From Microthyrium microscopicum (Eukaryota): a DNA stretch of 52,386 nt. Shown in pieces: positions 1-12,890 of this stretch; within the stretch, counting starts at the first letter, position 1; each line of letters begins with the position of its first letter. The stretch covers positions 1,750,538 to 1,802,923 of the forward strand of contig MU004235.1 of assembly GCA_010405405.1 (NCBI GenBank), given 5' to 3'. A program made the position numbers and the translations under genes. The notes below the pieces were generated by a model, which saw only the letters and a program-made list of their open reading frames with translations, made no database searches and had not been told where the DNA came from.

Positions 1-3000
1 AGTTTATTTTATATCTTATAAACTAACTATTAAACCTTACTTTACTATTCTTTATCTCTTTATTTTTATTCTTACTAGCTATTTTATATTAGTAAGTAGT
101 CCTTATTTACCTCTATATATAGCAAGTATAAATAAGGACTACTAACTAGTACTTTCTAGGCGTTATCTAATTTTATTTAAGTATAAGTTAAGATTCTATT
201 ATATATTGCTATTTATATAGTAGCTTTTAACTATTATATTAAAGTCTTAGTAGAACTCTTTATTATCTTAAATATAAGGCTAGTAAGCTAAGGCTCTTAT
301 TCCTATATACTTTAGTAATATATAGGGAATATAGGAGTAAAGATATAGAAGTTAGAGTCTTATATAAAGGATAGTATTTTTTAATATAGTAGAGGCGCGT
401 ATTAGTAAGAAGAGAGTCTTAGGAATCTTATTACTACTTTTAGATAGTAGTAATCTAATAATAGTAAAGTCTTAGCTTTTTTAGTATTCCTTTTAGAATA
501 GTAAGTTAGTAGAGCTTAACCTCTTATAGTATTCCTTTAGAATAATAAATTAGTAGAGTTCTAGTAAATAAACTAGAAAGATAAAGAGAATACACGCTAG
601 ATAGTAGCTTAACCTAAATAAACTAGAGAAATTAAGGAAATATATGCTAAATAGTAACTTAACTTATAATTTATAGGAATAATATAGAGATAGTACCTTA
701 TAAGGAATAAAGTCTTATAGCTCTAAGTCTTAAAACTAAATTAGAGTTAATTTAGTGAGCTATAAAGTATAAAGTCCTAACTTTTTTAATAATATTATTA
801 AGGAAATATACGCTAGAGGGTAGCTTAACCTAAATAAATTAGAGAAATTAAGGGAATATATACTAGAGAATAGCTTAACCTAAATAGACTAGAAAGATTA
901 AGAAAATATACGCTAAAGGGTAACTTAATCTATAGTTTGTAGATATAATATAGAAGTAGACTACTAAGAGAGTTAAAATCCTATTTAGATCCTAGTTATT
1001 ATTAGATTATAGTAAATTACTAGAGCTAGTAATATAATATTATAAGAAGGGACTTATTAATAGTATAGATACTAAAGGATAAGTTATTCTAAATAAAAGA
1101 ATAATAGAATAGGAATAGTAAACTAGTGCTAACCTAAGTAATAAAGTAATATATTAGTAAAGATAAGTATTAGATAAGGAAGATAGAGAAGTACTAAAGA
1201 ATAGTAAGTAAAGGATAGATTTTATATCTCTTCTATATTAAGTAATACTAGATTAAGATATATTTATTATAACTAGTCTTTATATTTATACTATGTACTA
1301 ATAAGTAATTTATTAGTAGTAGTAAAGCACTAGTATTTAAGAATAGACTTATATAACTTTAGTATTAAGACTAGAGTAAAGAACTTACTAATAAGAAGAT
1401 AAATAGTAAGAATATATTACTTAGTATTAAGAGAGAGAATAGTAAATACCTAATTTGCTATAGCTAAAGTTATATAGTATTTAAGTATTAAGGAAGAGAA
1501 GTTAAGAACTATTAATAGTATTATATAAAGCTATTATCTATACTAGCCTTAACGTTAATAATATAATTTATTAGTAATATAAGATAATATTACTAAGAAT
1601 ATAGATACTAAGAAGAGAACTACTAGCTACTTATAGTATATAATATTATTATGTATATTAAATTAATAGAATATACTATACTAAGAGATAAAGTTACTAT
1701 ATAATTATAAGTATAAAGTAAGTATAGTATATTAAGAATAGCTAATAATAAGATTATATTTAGGGATAAAGTTTAATAGTTATAAAGCTTTAGGTAATAG
1801 TAAGGTATATAGGTAATTATAATGTAGGTAATAAGGGATAATTATTAGCTATTTATAAATATATCTTTATAAAGTTATAACCTTAGTAGTTAAAGATATT
1901 AATATACTATATTAATCTAAATAATATATATTATAAGTATTTTTAAAGAAGATATTTAGCCCTTATTAAAATCTAGAGATAGTATATTACTCTTTAGTTA
2001 TAATTAATATACTAGTTTTTTATATATTTTTATTTAGCTTTACTATATATTAACTATAATATATATCTTATTTATATTTACTATCTATAGTTTATATAAA
2101 TACTCTAAATAACTCTATCTTTATCTTATTAAATAATATAAAATATTAGGTAAATAGTAGCTTAGTATTAAATCTACTAAAAAATTAGGCTATATTATCT
2201 TACTATTTACTCTCTTAATATTATAAAACTTTATAATTTTACTATAAAACTATAAAATCTAAGAAACTATACTAAGTACTACCTTATAGCTAATATTATA
2301 CGTACTAGTATATAAATCCTAAGTATATTACTACCTACCTATTATAATTAACTTAATAGGTTAATTTCTACTAGTCTATTACTATAAATAGTTACTATTA
2401 CTTACTAATTACTCTTATTAGTATATCTAAATATAATATTAATTTTTTTTTACTATAGTTACAATATAGTATAAGATTATATTTTTAAATCTTTATATTA
2501 TTAGCTATAATAGTAGCTCTACTTTATTTACTTATTATAACTTATAATATTTTCCTTATTACTATCCTAACTATTATAGTTACCTTAATCTTATAGGCTT
2601 TACTACTATAATTAGGTATTAAGTTATACTAAAAGTATTAGTATAGAGAGTTTAATACTTTAGCCTATATTTAATTATAGGTAATAATAACTCTTTATTA
2701 GTAAGTTCTCTTTATTATATTCTTATTATAACTTTCTAAAATGTAGTAGATAATAATATTTATATATTCTAACGCTTATAAAGTCTTATTTACCCTTAGT
2801 TTTTTTTATTACTTCTATAAACTACTTTATATATAATATTTATTAAGAACTCTTTTATAATACTTTATATTTTACTTCTATATCTTTTTATATTATTAAT
2901 TACTCTAATACTTACTCTACTTACTCTATTTACTTTTTATAACCTTAAATTATCTTATTATAATTAATCTATAAGTTCTTAACCCTTAGTATAGTTCTTT

Positions 3001-6000
3001 AGGTTTCTAAGCTTAATACTACTAGTTAGCTCTTAATATAATCTTTAGCTTTAAAAGATATAGTAATATCCTTAATACTAGTAATAGCTTAGTAATTACT
3101 TATAGTACCTAATTTTCTAAAAAGATACTACTTAACTAGAACTCTTTTACTTCTCTAAATATATAAGAATTCTTTACTATAGTACTCTTTCTCTACTATA
3201 TTACTTAACTATGTTATTATAGTACTTAGTACTTAGATTATCTTCCTATAAGTAATACTTAACTTTATTTAATAACTTATACTTATAATTATAACTAGCT
3301 AGATCTATATAAATATATAAGCTATCTTAACTACTAAAGAAGATTATACTCTAATTATATTCTTTATAGTTAACTTATAATTTACTCTCTCTATAATACT
3401 AATACTAATCCTTAAATCCTTTTACCTCTTACTCTAATATAGTACCTATGCTTTATCTTCTTCTTTATAACTTTTTATAACTTTTATTAACTTCTATAAT
3501 ATAACTAAGCGTTCTAAGGGCTTAAATATAGAAATCTAATATTATTTAACTTTCTTACTTTATATAAATAACTTCTTACTAGTAGTTTTAATTATTAAAA
3601 AGTAGTAATAGGATTATAGTATTATTTAATATTTCTACTTTATAAAAATAGCTTCTTATAAATAGTTTTAAAATAGAGAATAGTAGTAATAGAAATAGAC
3701 TAAATATTAGTAGTTAATTATTTCTAAAATTATTATTTACTTAAATTTATAGTTATAAATAGAATATTTAAGAGTAGTTTTTAATTATAACTAATACTAA
3801 ACTACTAATACTATAATAAATAATTTAATTTTCTAAATCTTTTCTACGCTAGTTAAAAGTATTATTCTTAATAAGTAATAAAAGAAATAATTATAAAATA
3901 TATTATAGATATAAAATAGTAAAGGTAAAGTAAAAAATAGGAAAATATATAATAATAAATATAACTTTAGTAAGATTTTAGTAAATTAACTACTTATAAA
4001 TTAATAAGGATAAGCTTAAGTTAGTAAAAAGATACTCCTTAACTTTACTATTAACTACTATGCCTACTACTTACCTAAAACTTACTAACCTACTAAGTAA
4101 TGCTTTCTAAAAGTAGGACTATCTTCTTTATTATTAGGTACGCTAACCTCTTAATTAGTAGGCTATTCCTTAATAACCTAGTTCTTAAAACACTTAATAA
4201 TACTAAGAATCTATATTATTATTAACTCCTAAACTTTTACCTTTACTAATATATAGTAAATAGGATTACTATTCTAAATACCTTCTATTTCTAGAGTAAG
4301 GATATCTATATTATACTAGTTTACTACTCTCTAAATTACTTCTTAATCTTTATTATTACTAATAAGCTTAAACTAAGTAATATAGAAAAAGAATAATTAT
4401 ATAGTATTAACTATTTTTAGCACTAAAGATAATATATATAGTTTAGTATATAGAGATATAGAAGACGTTATATTAGGACTTAATCTAATTTTAATAACTA
4501 AGCCTTTATTAGTAATAGGTAATTACTTTTATAAAAAAGTAGTTTAGCGCTCTAAAGTAGTAGCTTTTATTAAAGTAATTACTAAAGCCTTATATTACCT
4601 TCTTATAATATTTTTAGAACTATATTCTAATAAAGTAATTTAAACTTATAGCTATAGTAAATATTTTTAATAAAGTCTAGAAACTAAGATAGAAGAAGAA
4701 CTTAATATTATAGTATAAGATACTATATTAATATATATTTCTAAGTTATCTTAAATAAATAAAAATAGAGCCTATAGTAAGACTTATAGAACTATTAATA
4801 ATAAGTAACTATAATAACCCTAAGGAAGTTAAAACTAAGGATAATTTAATAAAGGAAGAGGGGCCTAAAGATATATAAATTATTAATAGGCCTACTATAA
4901 AGGAGTATATATTTATAAAGATTTATAATAAAGAATATTAGGAGGATATATAAACTAAAGGTAGCTTACTAATAATAACTAAATAGGTAACTACTAAAGA
5001 GCTAAAGCTACTTCTTTATTATCTTATTCTTAATTATAACGCCTATTATAACGTCTCTCTTATACCTTATACCTATTAGACTTACGTTTATCTTATATAG
5101 TTTACTTATTAGCTTCTTTATTTTTATATTTAATTTGTCTCTTCTTTATATTTAGCTCTAAATAATTAATTTCTTACTAATAATTATAGCGCTCCTTATT
5201 AGCCTTAGCCTTCTTACGCGTAGCTTTTCTCTTATATTTAATAGCCTTTAGCCTTACTTACTCTATAATATTCTCTAGTTCTTATTAATAAGTGCTTAAC
5301 GTAAATATCTTACCTTATAGCCCTCTAGTACTATAAATATTTATAGTTATAAGAGGACTACTAATTATAAGCTAGATATTCTAAAAATACTTAAGAACCT
5401 TTATAAGTAGATTCTTAGTAAAGGCGTTACTACTATTAATATTATTTTTCTATATTTAAAGCTAAGGACTACTTATAACGAAATGCTACTTATTAAAATC
5501 CTTAAAGTAATAGTAGTAAAAGTTAGGATAATATTCCTAAGTATAAGCATTATATATTAAGATAGTAATAAGATTATCTTTCTTCTTAGTATTGTCTTTA
5601 TTATTTAGTAAATATTTATTAGTAAGCCTATTCTACTATTATAATAGAAAGTAAGTATTACTTCTAATATTTATAGTAGAAACTACTTTAGTAGGTAGCT
5701 TTAGTTAAATTACTAGCTATAGCTTAATAATAATAGAATATATACTTTCTTTTAATTAATTTATATAATAATATTAATTTAATACCTAGATCTATAGCTT
5801 AAAGATATTAGCATTAAAGCTAAGTATTATAAAGTTTTTTATTATATTAGTAACTTTAGGATAGTTAAATCTTTAATAAATAGTTATAGTCTTAATATTA
5901 TATTCTTATTTTATAGTATACTTTTTTATAAAGATATACTACTTCTTAATTATTATAGTACTAAAATTCTATTATATAATGCTATTAATAGTATTCTTAT

Positions 6001-7150
6001 ATATTAATAAACTTCCTATATTAGAACTAGGCTTAATCTTATAGAACTTTATATAAAGATTAATAATATAATTAACTAAAGCTAAGAATATATTACTAGT
6101 ATTAAGATTAATAAAGTCTAAGTCTAATATAGATCTATTAGTCTTACTATACTTCTTCTAGCCCTTAATAGACGTCTTCTATAGCTTTTTAAGATTAGCT
6201 TTCTTCTTTTCTTTAAAGAACCTTACTAGATTATTTAGCTCCTTTTCTATAAGTTCTAATAGGTTATTAGAATCTATAGATTCTTTACTTATTAAACCTC
6301 TAACTCTACTACCTAATTTATTTTTATTATTCTCTTTATCTTCTTTACTCTCTTTATTCCTAAGCTCTTTTTTATTATTTTTATTAGACTCTTACTAGCT
6401 ATTTATATAGCTAGTATTAAATACTATATATTTAGCTTTAGTATAAGCTAATTTTACTATATTCTATTTATTTACTACTATTATTATTAAGTAGTTATAC
6501 TCTTACTACTAAAGAATCTTTTCTTTATCTTTAAAATCTCCTTATATAATAAACTTTACTAAAGATTTTACCTTATTCTTTATTAGTAAAGCTTTTAGCA
6601 TAGATTTAGCTTTTAACTTAAGTAGTACTATTTTCTTAGCTTTTAAAGCTAATTTAAACTAAGCCTTATATTCTTTATACTTAACTTTCTTTTATTAATT
6701 TTACTTATACTTATATAGTTAACTATTAGCTATAATACTATAAAAATAAGTAAGGAACTTCTATTAAACTTAAATAGAAATAGATAAGAAAAGTAAAGAA
6801 TATATACTAACTAAGCTTAGCTCTATATTTTAGTTAGTTAGTATTAAGTACTAGAGTATTATTACTCTAGTCTATATAAGTATTATACTTTTTTTTAGCT
6901 CTATTATTTAGGTTTTAAAGATTTTTAGTAAGTTCTTATTATATCTACTAAAGGATAGAGAACTAGGTATGCTTTATAGTAGTAATAAGCTTAAATAGTA
7001 TATTTCTTAGATAAAAAGATATAGATTTATAAGTAGATTATAATAAAGTAGGTTTATATATAAACTTTGTAATAAATAGTAAGTAATCTTAAATTTACTA
7101 TCTTAATCTTAAATTATAATATAGGTAGTTAGGGATAGTCCTTTAAAAAG
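1..7150. mobile_element. AT-rich RIP-degenerated repeat/transposon block (family not identifiable)
   Basis: No ORFs in the track. Very AT-rich with abundant TA/TAG/TAA, almost no CA/TG, and CG dinucleotides surviving, which is the CpA->TpA RIP signature. Sharp switch to normal composition at ~7150. A basic codon relic on the minus strand (~5186-5233, KRKATRKKAKANKERY) suggests former coding sequence. Confidence 0.8.
555..930 (+). repeat. Degenerate ~50-bp tandem repeats inside the left RIP block
   Basis: The unit core tagcttaacc/taacttaa recurs at 605, 655, 821, 871 and 921 (period 50), with shared flanks of the form aactagagaaattaaggaaatatacgcta. Confidence 0.75.
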
Positions 7151-8043
7151 GCCCATGCACGAGATAAAAATAATTCTGCACCCAACAAATCCGCGACCCA
7201 ATGGCGCGTCGCGCGTCTCTGTGCGCCAAAAAGGGGCTACGGTAAAAGTCGCGTCGTTGAACCTGTACGGTACCTGTAGACTGTACTATTTAACTTCGCT
7301 TCATCTTTCTGCTTAACACCGCTTCATCAGACAATCACAAGCGTGCCCGCTATAAGTTTTCACGAATTGAGTACGAAAGCGAAAACTCGACATGCAAGCC
7401 TCATCAATACGAATCTTACTGGACACGTATAGTTGAACAAGTACAGACGATAGGCCAACCATGAAAGTCTACAAACTAGTCGTAGATTACCGATAGAAGC
7501 CTCACAGAACATTTCTGGAGAGAGGTTGCATGCCCGCGATAAGCTATTCCATGAAACCTCTTGCAAATTCAGCCACCTGAGCTAGAGGGACCTAGCAGTA
7601 GTTGTAAGCAGGACGCAGTTTGAGCGCAGAAACGGCAGAAGCTCTACGAGCAAAAGGTTTACTGCCATATTCATCTATGTGCTCAACAGGTTTCAAAGTA
7701 AGATTGGGAACTTCAAAGCATTTTGCAGCATTTCAAAAAGAAGACAACTTTTGTATCTCGCGATAGTATGGAAAGTGCAATTACAGACTCACCACTCACC
7801 TCTCGCTAGCTGAAACAATCCGCCTATACGCCAGTGAAGAACATTTGACAGACAATGCATAAAGCCTATGCAGATAAACTCTGACCCAACTTTTGAGGTA
7901 CCTTGCGTACAACCGCCGTGATAATTTGCTAACAACTTTTGCGAACGAGTTTAATTCCCACAGACAAACCTCATGACACGAAAGCTAAACGATCTATCTG
8001 TCAAACCCTGCAGTATCACTCTACCATCTTCTTGATGCTATAG

Positions 8044-9669
8044 CTACAACTCCTCTACCTCGAGCAGTCGTTGCAACGTGTCCAATTTGTCGTCGCAAAG
8101 CTTGCGCAGCATCTCATTGCTTTCAGGGCTGATCAGAATATAGCTCACTTGCCCGACCTGTTTGATCTGGGCGTCCAAGCTAAACGCTTCTTCCAGCAGA
8201 TCTCGACACACCAGAGGCTTCCCTTTGCAGCTCAACCAACCGTTGCTTTTGTACTGATGGATCCAACTGTTCATACAATCAATGACGTTTTCGGATGTGC
8301 AATGAATTTCCAGTTTCATGCTCGAGCTTGAGCCTGGTCCCCCATTAATCTCGAGTGCTGTCTGTAACGCGAGATTCATTGCATAAATCTCAGCGCGCTG
8401 GGCTGTAGGCACTGGGCTGTCAGGCAAAGCTCCCGTGAAAACAGTGTATCGGCCAAGAACGCTTTTGCGAGCGCAAAGTGCAATACCTGTTGCCTTGCCG
8501 CTGGGCCAACCGCGATCAACACAGCCACTCTCGACATACAAAGCCACGTAGTGCTCTTGCCTATGGACGAATGCTTTATTCGCAACTGAGAGTTTGTACA
8601 GGCTGTGGTCTTTGGGCGCTATAGACCCGTTCGTATAATTCGAGATTGAAGGAGAACGATAGTGGGAGGAGGAAATGTCGCTACGTGTGTTGTTAAATTC
8701 ACTGCTGGACACGCTGCCGGACATGGTGACTCCGTTTTCTTTTTTCAACTCTTGAGATCCCCTGGAATCATTTGATCCTGCTTTCTTATTCTTTGACTCA
8801 CCGAGTGCTTCTGACTTTGCTATCGCTGTGGCACCTTCCAATCTCTTCAGGCCCCCCGCTGGAGCGAGCTTTTCATCCACCTCTTGAATTGATTTCACTG
8901 TTTTAAGTTCGATTGACTTCTCGATATGCTGTTCCATCTTCAGCAGAGGCTGTGTAGCTGATCTCATAGGAACAGTTTGCATCGCAGTTTTGAGACCTTC
9001 AAAACGAGCAGAGAGGTCGTCTATCTTTAGTGTGACCTCTGCTAAATTCAGCTCGTTGATTAGCTTGAGAGCATGTTCTGCTCTCTTGGGTCGTTCAGCT
9101 TTCATAAGATGATCCGCATTCTTGAGTTCCTCTGCTCTTTTGAATGATCCCTTGAGCCCGCTCTCCTGCCTGTCCAGCTGATCGAGCTTTTTCCTACAAT
9201 AGGAGTCAGCCAATGTATTTTCGTCCCTTGGAACCCATTGGTATTGAATACGACTATCAACTATCGCTCTCAATTGCGTATCTAGCCTCCAAGCCTCCTC
9301 AAACAAATCTCGATCCGTTTGACGGTTTCGGTCTGACACTGGTTTCATGCTTTCAAGGCTGCTTTTGGAATCTGAATGAATAATGAGATGGAATGTCCGA
9401 TTAGCGCCGCGCCCTCTGAGTAGTTGAAGGCCTTTTTTCTGGCCTAAGATTAGAGCAGTGATCTCGGCACGGTTGTCGGTGGGAGCTGGCCAAGAAGGAA
9501 GGACTGTATTCCAGACATCGTGATCGCCAGAGGTCTTTGATTTCTTATGAACACAAGTTGCGATGGCTTTGGCGTTTATTGTTCCCTGCTTTCGACAGCC
9601 GCCATCAACGTATAGGCGAACACAGTAGCGGGCCTGGCTCGCGGACGATGGTTGATGCTGCACAGGCAT
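8044..9669 (-). CDS. Tandem double-domain fungal RNase HI-like protein (N domain DEDD intact, C domain degenerate), 541 aa
   Basis: N domain has YVDGGC...PTDNRAEITA...IHSDS...WVPRDENTLADSYC. C domain has YVESGC...PTAQRAEI...IHCTS...WIHQYKSNGW...CRDL. These match Dikarya-type RNase HI motifs. No N-terminal hybrid-binding domain. Confidence 0.85.
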   Translation of the reverse strand: MPVQHQPSSASQARYCVRLYVDGGCRKQGTINAKAIATCVHKKSKTSGDHDVWNTVLPSWPAPTDNRAEITALILGQKKGLQLLRGRGANRTFHLIIHSDSKSSLESMKPVSDRNRQTDRDLFEEAWRLDTQLRAIVDSRIQYQWVPRDENTLADSYCRKKLDQLDRQESGLKGSFKRAEELKNADHLMKAERPKRAEHALKLINELNLAEVTLKIDDLSARFEGLKTAMQTVPMRSATQPLLKMEQHIEKSIELKTVKSIQEVDEKLAPAGGLKRLEGATAIAKSEALGESKNKKAGSNDSRGSQELKKENGVTMSGSVSSSEFNNTRSDISSSHYRSPSISNYTNGSIAPKDHSLYKLSVANKAFVHRQEHYVALYVESGCVDRGWPSGKATGIALCARKSVLGRYTVFTGALPDSPVPTAQRAEIYAMNLALQTALEINGGPGSSSSMKLEIHCTSENVIDCMNSWIHQYKSNGWLSCKGKPLVCRDLLEEAFSLDAQIKQVGQVSYILISPESNEMLRKLCDDKLDTLQRLLEVEEL

Positions 9670-10216
9670 AGTGGTCGAGAGTGTGATGGACAGATCCTGT
9701 CTGATTTGATTCGTTAGCTGTATTCTGTAGACATGTTTAGGAGGAGATTCTTCACTTGTGATGCTGAAGTTGACGAGGTTGGTGGTAATGTCGCAGTTTT
9801 CGTGAAAGCTAACGTATCAAGTTTGTAAAGTAAAGGCAAAGCGCCAACACGCTGGTGCGAGCAAGAGCAAAAAAGCTGTGGTGGGGTTGAGAGCAAAGAT
9901 GAGAGAAATACCAACAGATGAAGAGATGGGAAGAGCTGAATTGAGGTTGTTGGTCATTATCACCTCGTATACGCTGGCGAGGTGTTATGACACTGAACCT
10001 TCATGGCTAAAACCATCTCATATTCATGACATTTGCATGCTTGAAGCACGCGTTCAAATCTCTATCATAATCCTATTCATACAAATCATCTCGGGTATCC
10101 ATACACAAAACAGCAGTCCATCCTTCCCCTAAAAGGTAAGCGATAAACCAAATGCTATTATAACATATCACTTTCGTCATGCATGTGACGATATCTCATT
10201 TCCTTCTTCATGTTTG

Positions 10217-12890
10217 CTAGATCCCCATGAACGGATCAAACCACCCATCGCCCTCAAACTTCAGCCCATCGAAATCCTGCGCAACGCGATTCAACTCATC
10301 ATGCCAATCCGTATCTGCCACCCGACTCGTATGAATCGGGCCCAGCAGTGGCGTCGGCTGATTGGGGAACGGTGCGAATAGGAAACTCGCTTGGTTCGTG
10401 CGGTGTTCTGTTGCTCCTGAACCGGTCGTGTTTGTCGTCTGACCTGATCCTGATCCCGACCCTGCTCCTTTGCCTGGAGCTGCGGTCGCATTGGGTGGTG
10501 TTCCTGGCGCACTGGATCCGCTGCCACTGCGGCTGCCTCCGCGGTCTGCGGATGCTGATGGTGTGCTGAGGACTGGAGCCAAACGCGCGCGTTTTTGGAT
10601 TACTTGGGAGGGGTTTAGGAATGCGGTGCGTTTTGCGCCGCGGACGAGCTCTGCTTGTGGGGCTGCTGGGTCGTCGAAGCGTTCGCGTAAGCTTGTGGGC
10701 AGCTCGGCATGGGAGCGATATAGTGCATCTTCCACGTCTCCTGGTAAGATGACTGACCATTTGCCGACGAGGTCCTTAATAAGTTTGATGGAAGCGAGAG
10801 CCCACGTGTTGTGCGTTACGAGGTCATTGAATGCCTCGCAAGCAGCGCGTAGTGCGGTCGCGGATGATATGGCGGGTAGGTTGATAAGGTGAATGGTACA
10901 AGCGGTGAGTAGGCATTGGATCTGGAAGGTGTAGATTCCTGTCGTGCCGTAGAGGGAGAGATGTTTGGCGAAAAGTTCGGAGATGGCGGTGGCGGATTGG
11001 CGACAGAGTTCAGAGGGGACGATGTCGGATTCAGTGAATTTTGCGCGGAGAAAAGGGCGGAAGAGGAGAAGGACTGCTGCGTGGTAGTAGATGCTGGGGT
11101 TGTTAGTGATAAAATTCACGAAGTGTTGAGTGGAATCTTACTGGAGGCTTATGACGTGTGGTGGTACTTCTTCGTCGGATAATCTTACAATATCGGGTAA
11201 TCTTTCAAACCAGCTAGTGTATTTATGGTATTCGTCCAAAAGTAGTTTGCCTTTGATGATGGAGGAGGGGGCAAAGAACATGAGGAGAGTGGAGTTGACG
11301 ATTTTGGATAATGCAGCACATTGTCGAAAGGTTGAAGCTCGCGCCCCAGGTTTGACTTGCCTCGGACCCCATGGCTGTTCATCTAGGTCGTCATCGAGAG
11401 GAGGAAGCTCTATGGTGACAGCGTTTGTTAATAGTTGCGGTAATCGTCCAAGACTTAGGCTGGTAACTCTGATCGGATATTAACAATATACTGACAAAGT
11501 CTGAAGGTTAAGCTTACTGGTCTGATACGAAACATCCCCAGAAGGCATGTATCCGACCCGTTTCTTGGTTCTGAGCATCTGGACCCATTTGATCAAACGG
11601 AGTCTTTTCGTTTCTCAAATGAAGTCCTAGATCGAGAGCCATTCGCGCGCTTCGACCTACTAGTCCCCACATGGCTCCTAATCGCGCTCTATAACCTTCG
11701 ACATGACTAAGAATGAACACTCCAGCAGTAGTGGGTATACTTGACCGATCCGACTGATTTAGTAGTCGTATTCCTTCCTCGAAGAATCCAGCTCCAGCAG
11801 TCGTTGGATCAGACGGATCTCCACGAGCGTCGTCCCTATCCGATAAGAGGCAGCCAGCGGCGCAAATTGCATTTACAAGCACCCGAGAACAGAACTGGGT
11901 CTTTCCTGCCGCAAAGTCCTTGCGAAAGAGATCCTCTGGAAAGTTTTGGAAAAAGGAATGTTGCCAGGTGAAGTAGGTATCGAGAAGGTGCTCAATGAGC
12001 TCTTTGTCTTGCGTGACTCTGGTCCAGTGGTGATCGTCTGCAATTGGAGGCGTATGAGCATCCGGGGCTCTACTACCTCCCGGTATTGGCTGATTTGAAC
12101 TGAGATGAGGAGCGAGAGAATTACCTGCCATCGGTCGTGCATAGTACGGAGACTGTGTCTCTGCGCCCAGTCCAGGTTCTATATCCATAGCTTCTTGAGA
12201 ACGTGTTCCCTCTATGATGCTTTCGATCGGCTCTTGTCGTCGAAGTCGCATTATTATATCGTCGGTGTCGGGTGTGTTGCTTGTTGTAATAGCCTGGACC
12301 AACCGCTCGTAGGATTCCCTCGACGGGCCAAAAGACGCAGAGGGAGGATCTGTATTGAGAACACGCTGTAAGAAACCATCATACTTGGGGGCAGCATTAT
12401 TGTGAAACTGACTTGAGCCACTAGCTGGAGAGAAGGGACTATCTCCTTTTACTTGGGTAAGTGACCTACTGGCCTGGATCTGTTGAACCAGCGATTGTGG
12501 TTCTGCACCACCACGTATCCTCCGCAATATCTCAAAAGACTCGTCTTCTGTCGAATTTCTCAGATGCATTAGCAATTGCTCGAGGTTGTTCTTTTCTTCA
12601 GCCAATGTTTCAACGTTTTCGCGGAGATATGTAAGTCGACGCTGCTCTTCGTTCATGTCATATTGACAGTTTCCGTCTCTTGACTGGCATTGCGAACAGG
12701 TTGGTCGTTTGCCATCGCATTTGGTCTTACGCCTGCGACATGGTACGCATGCGACAATAGTGATCTTTCCGCGTTTTGAGTATGTAGGCTTTGAGGAACC
12801 ACCAGGTGGTTGTGAGGGTCCAGAGCCGGCAGGATTACCTTCCCTGCCCATGACTGGTTGAAATGACATGAATCCCAAGGGTTCTGTCAT
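10217..12890 (-). CDS. Zn(II)2Cys6 fungal transcription factor with Fungal_trans domain (NirA/Nit-4-like); exons 12890-11518, 11468-11142, 11093-10217
   Basis: ACVPCRRRKTKCDGKRPTCSQCQSRDGNC binuclear cluster; HLLDTYFTWQH, ARMALDLGLH, AFWGCFVSDQ/VTSLSLGRLP and HIYYHAAVLLLFRPFL motifs. Two GT-AG introns join the exons in frame. Confidence 0.9.

Noticed and set aside
7561..8043. Possible RIP-leakage pseudogene on + next to the left boundary
   Set aside because: The frame I read has about 8 stops in 161 codons, close to random expectation, and no recognisable motif.
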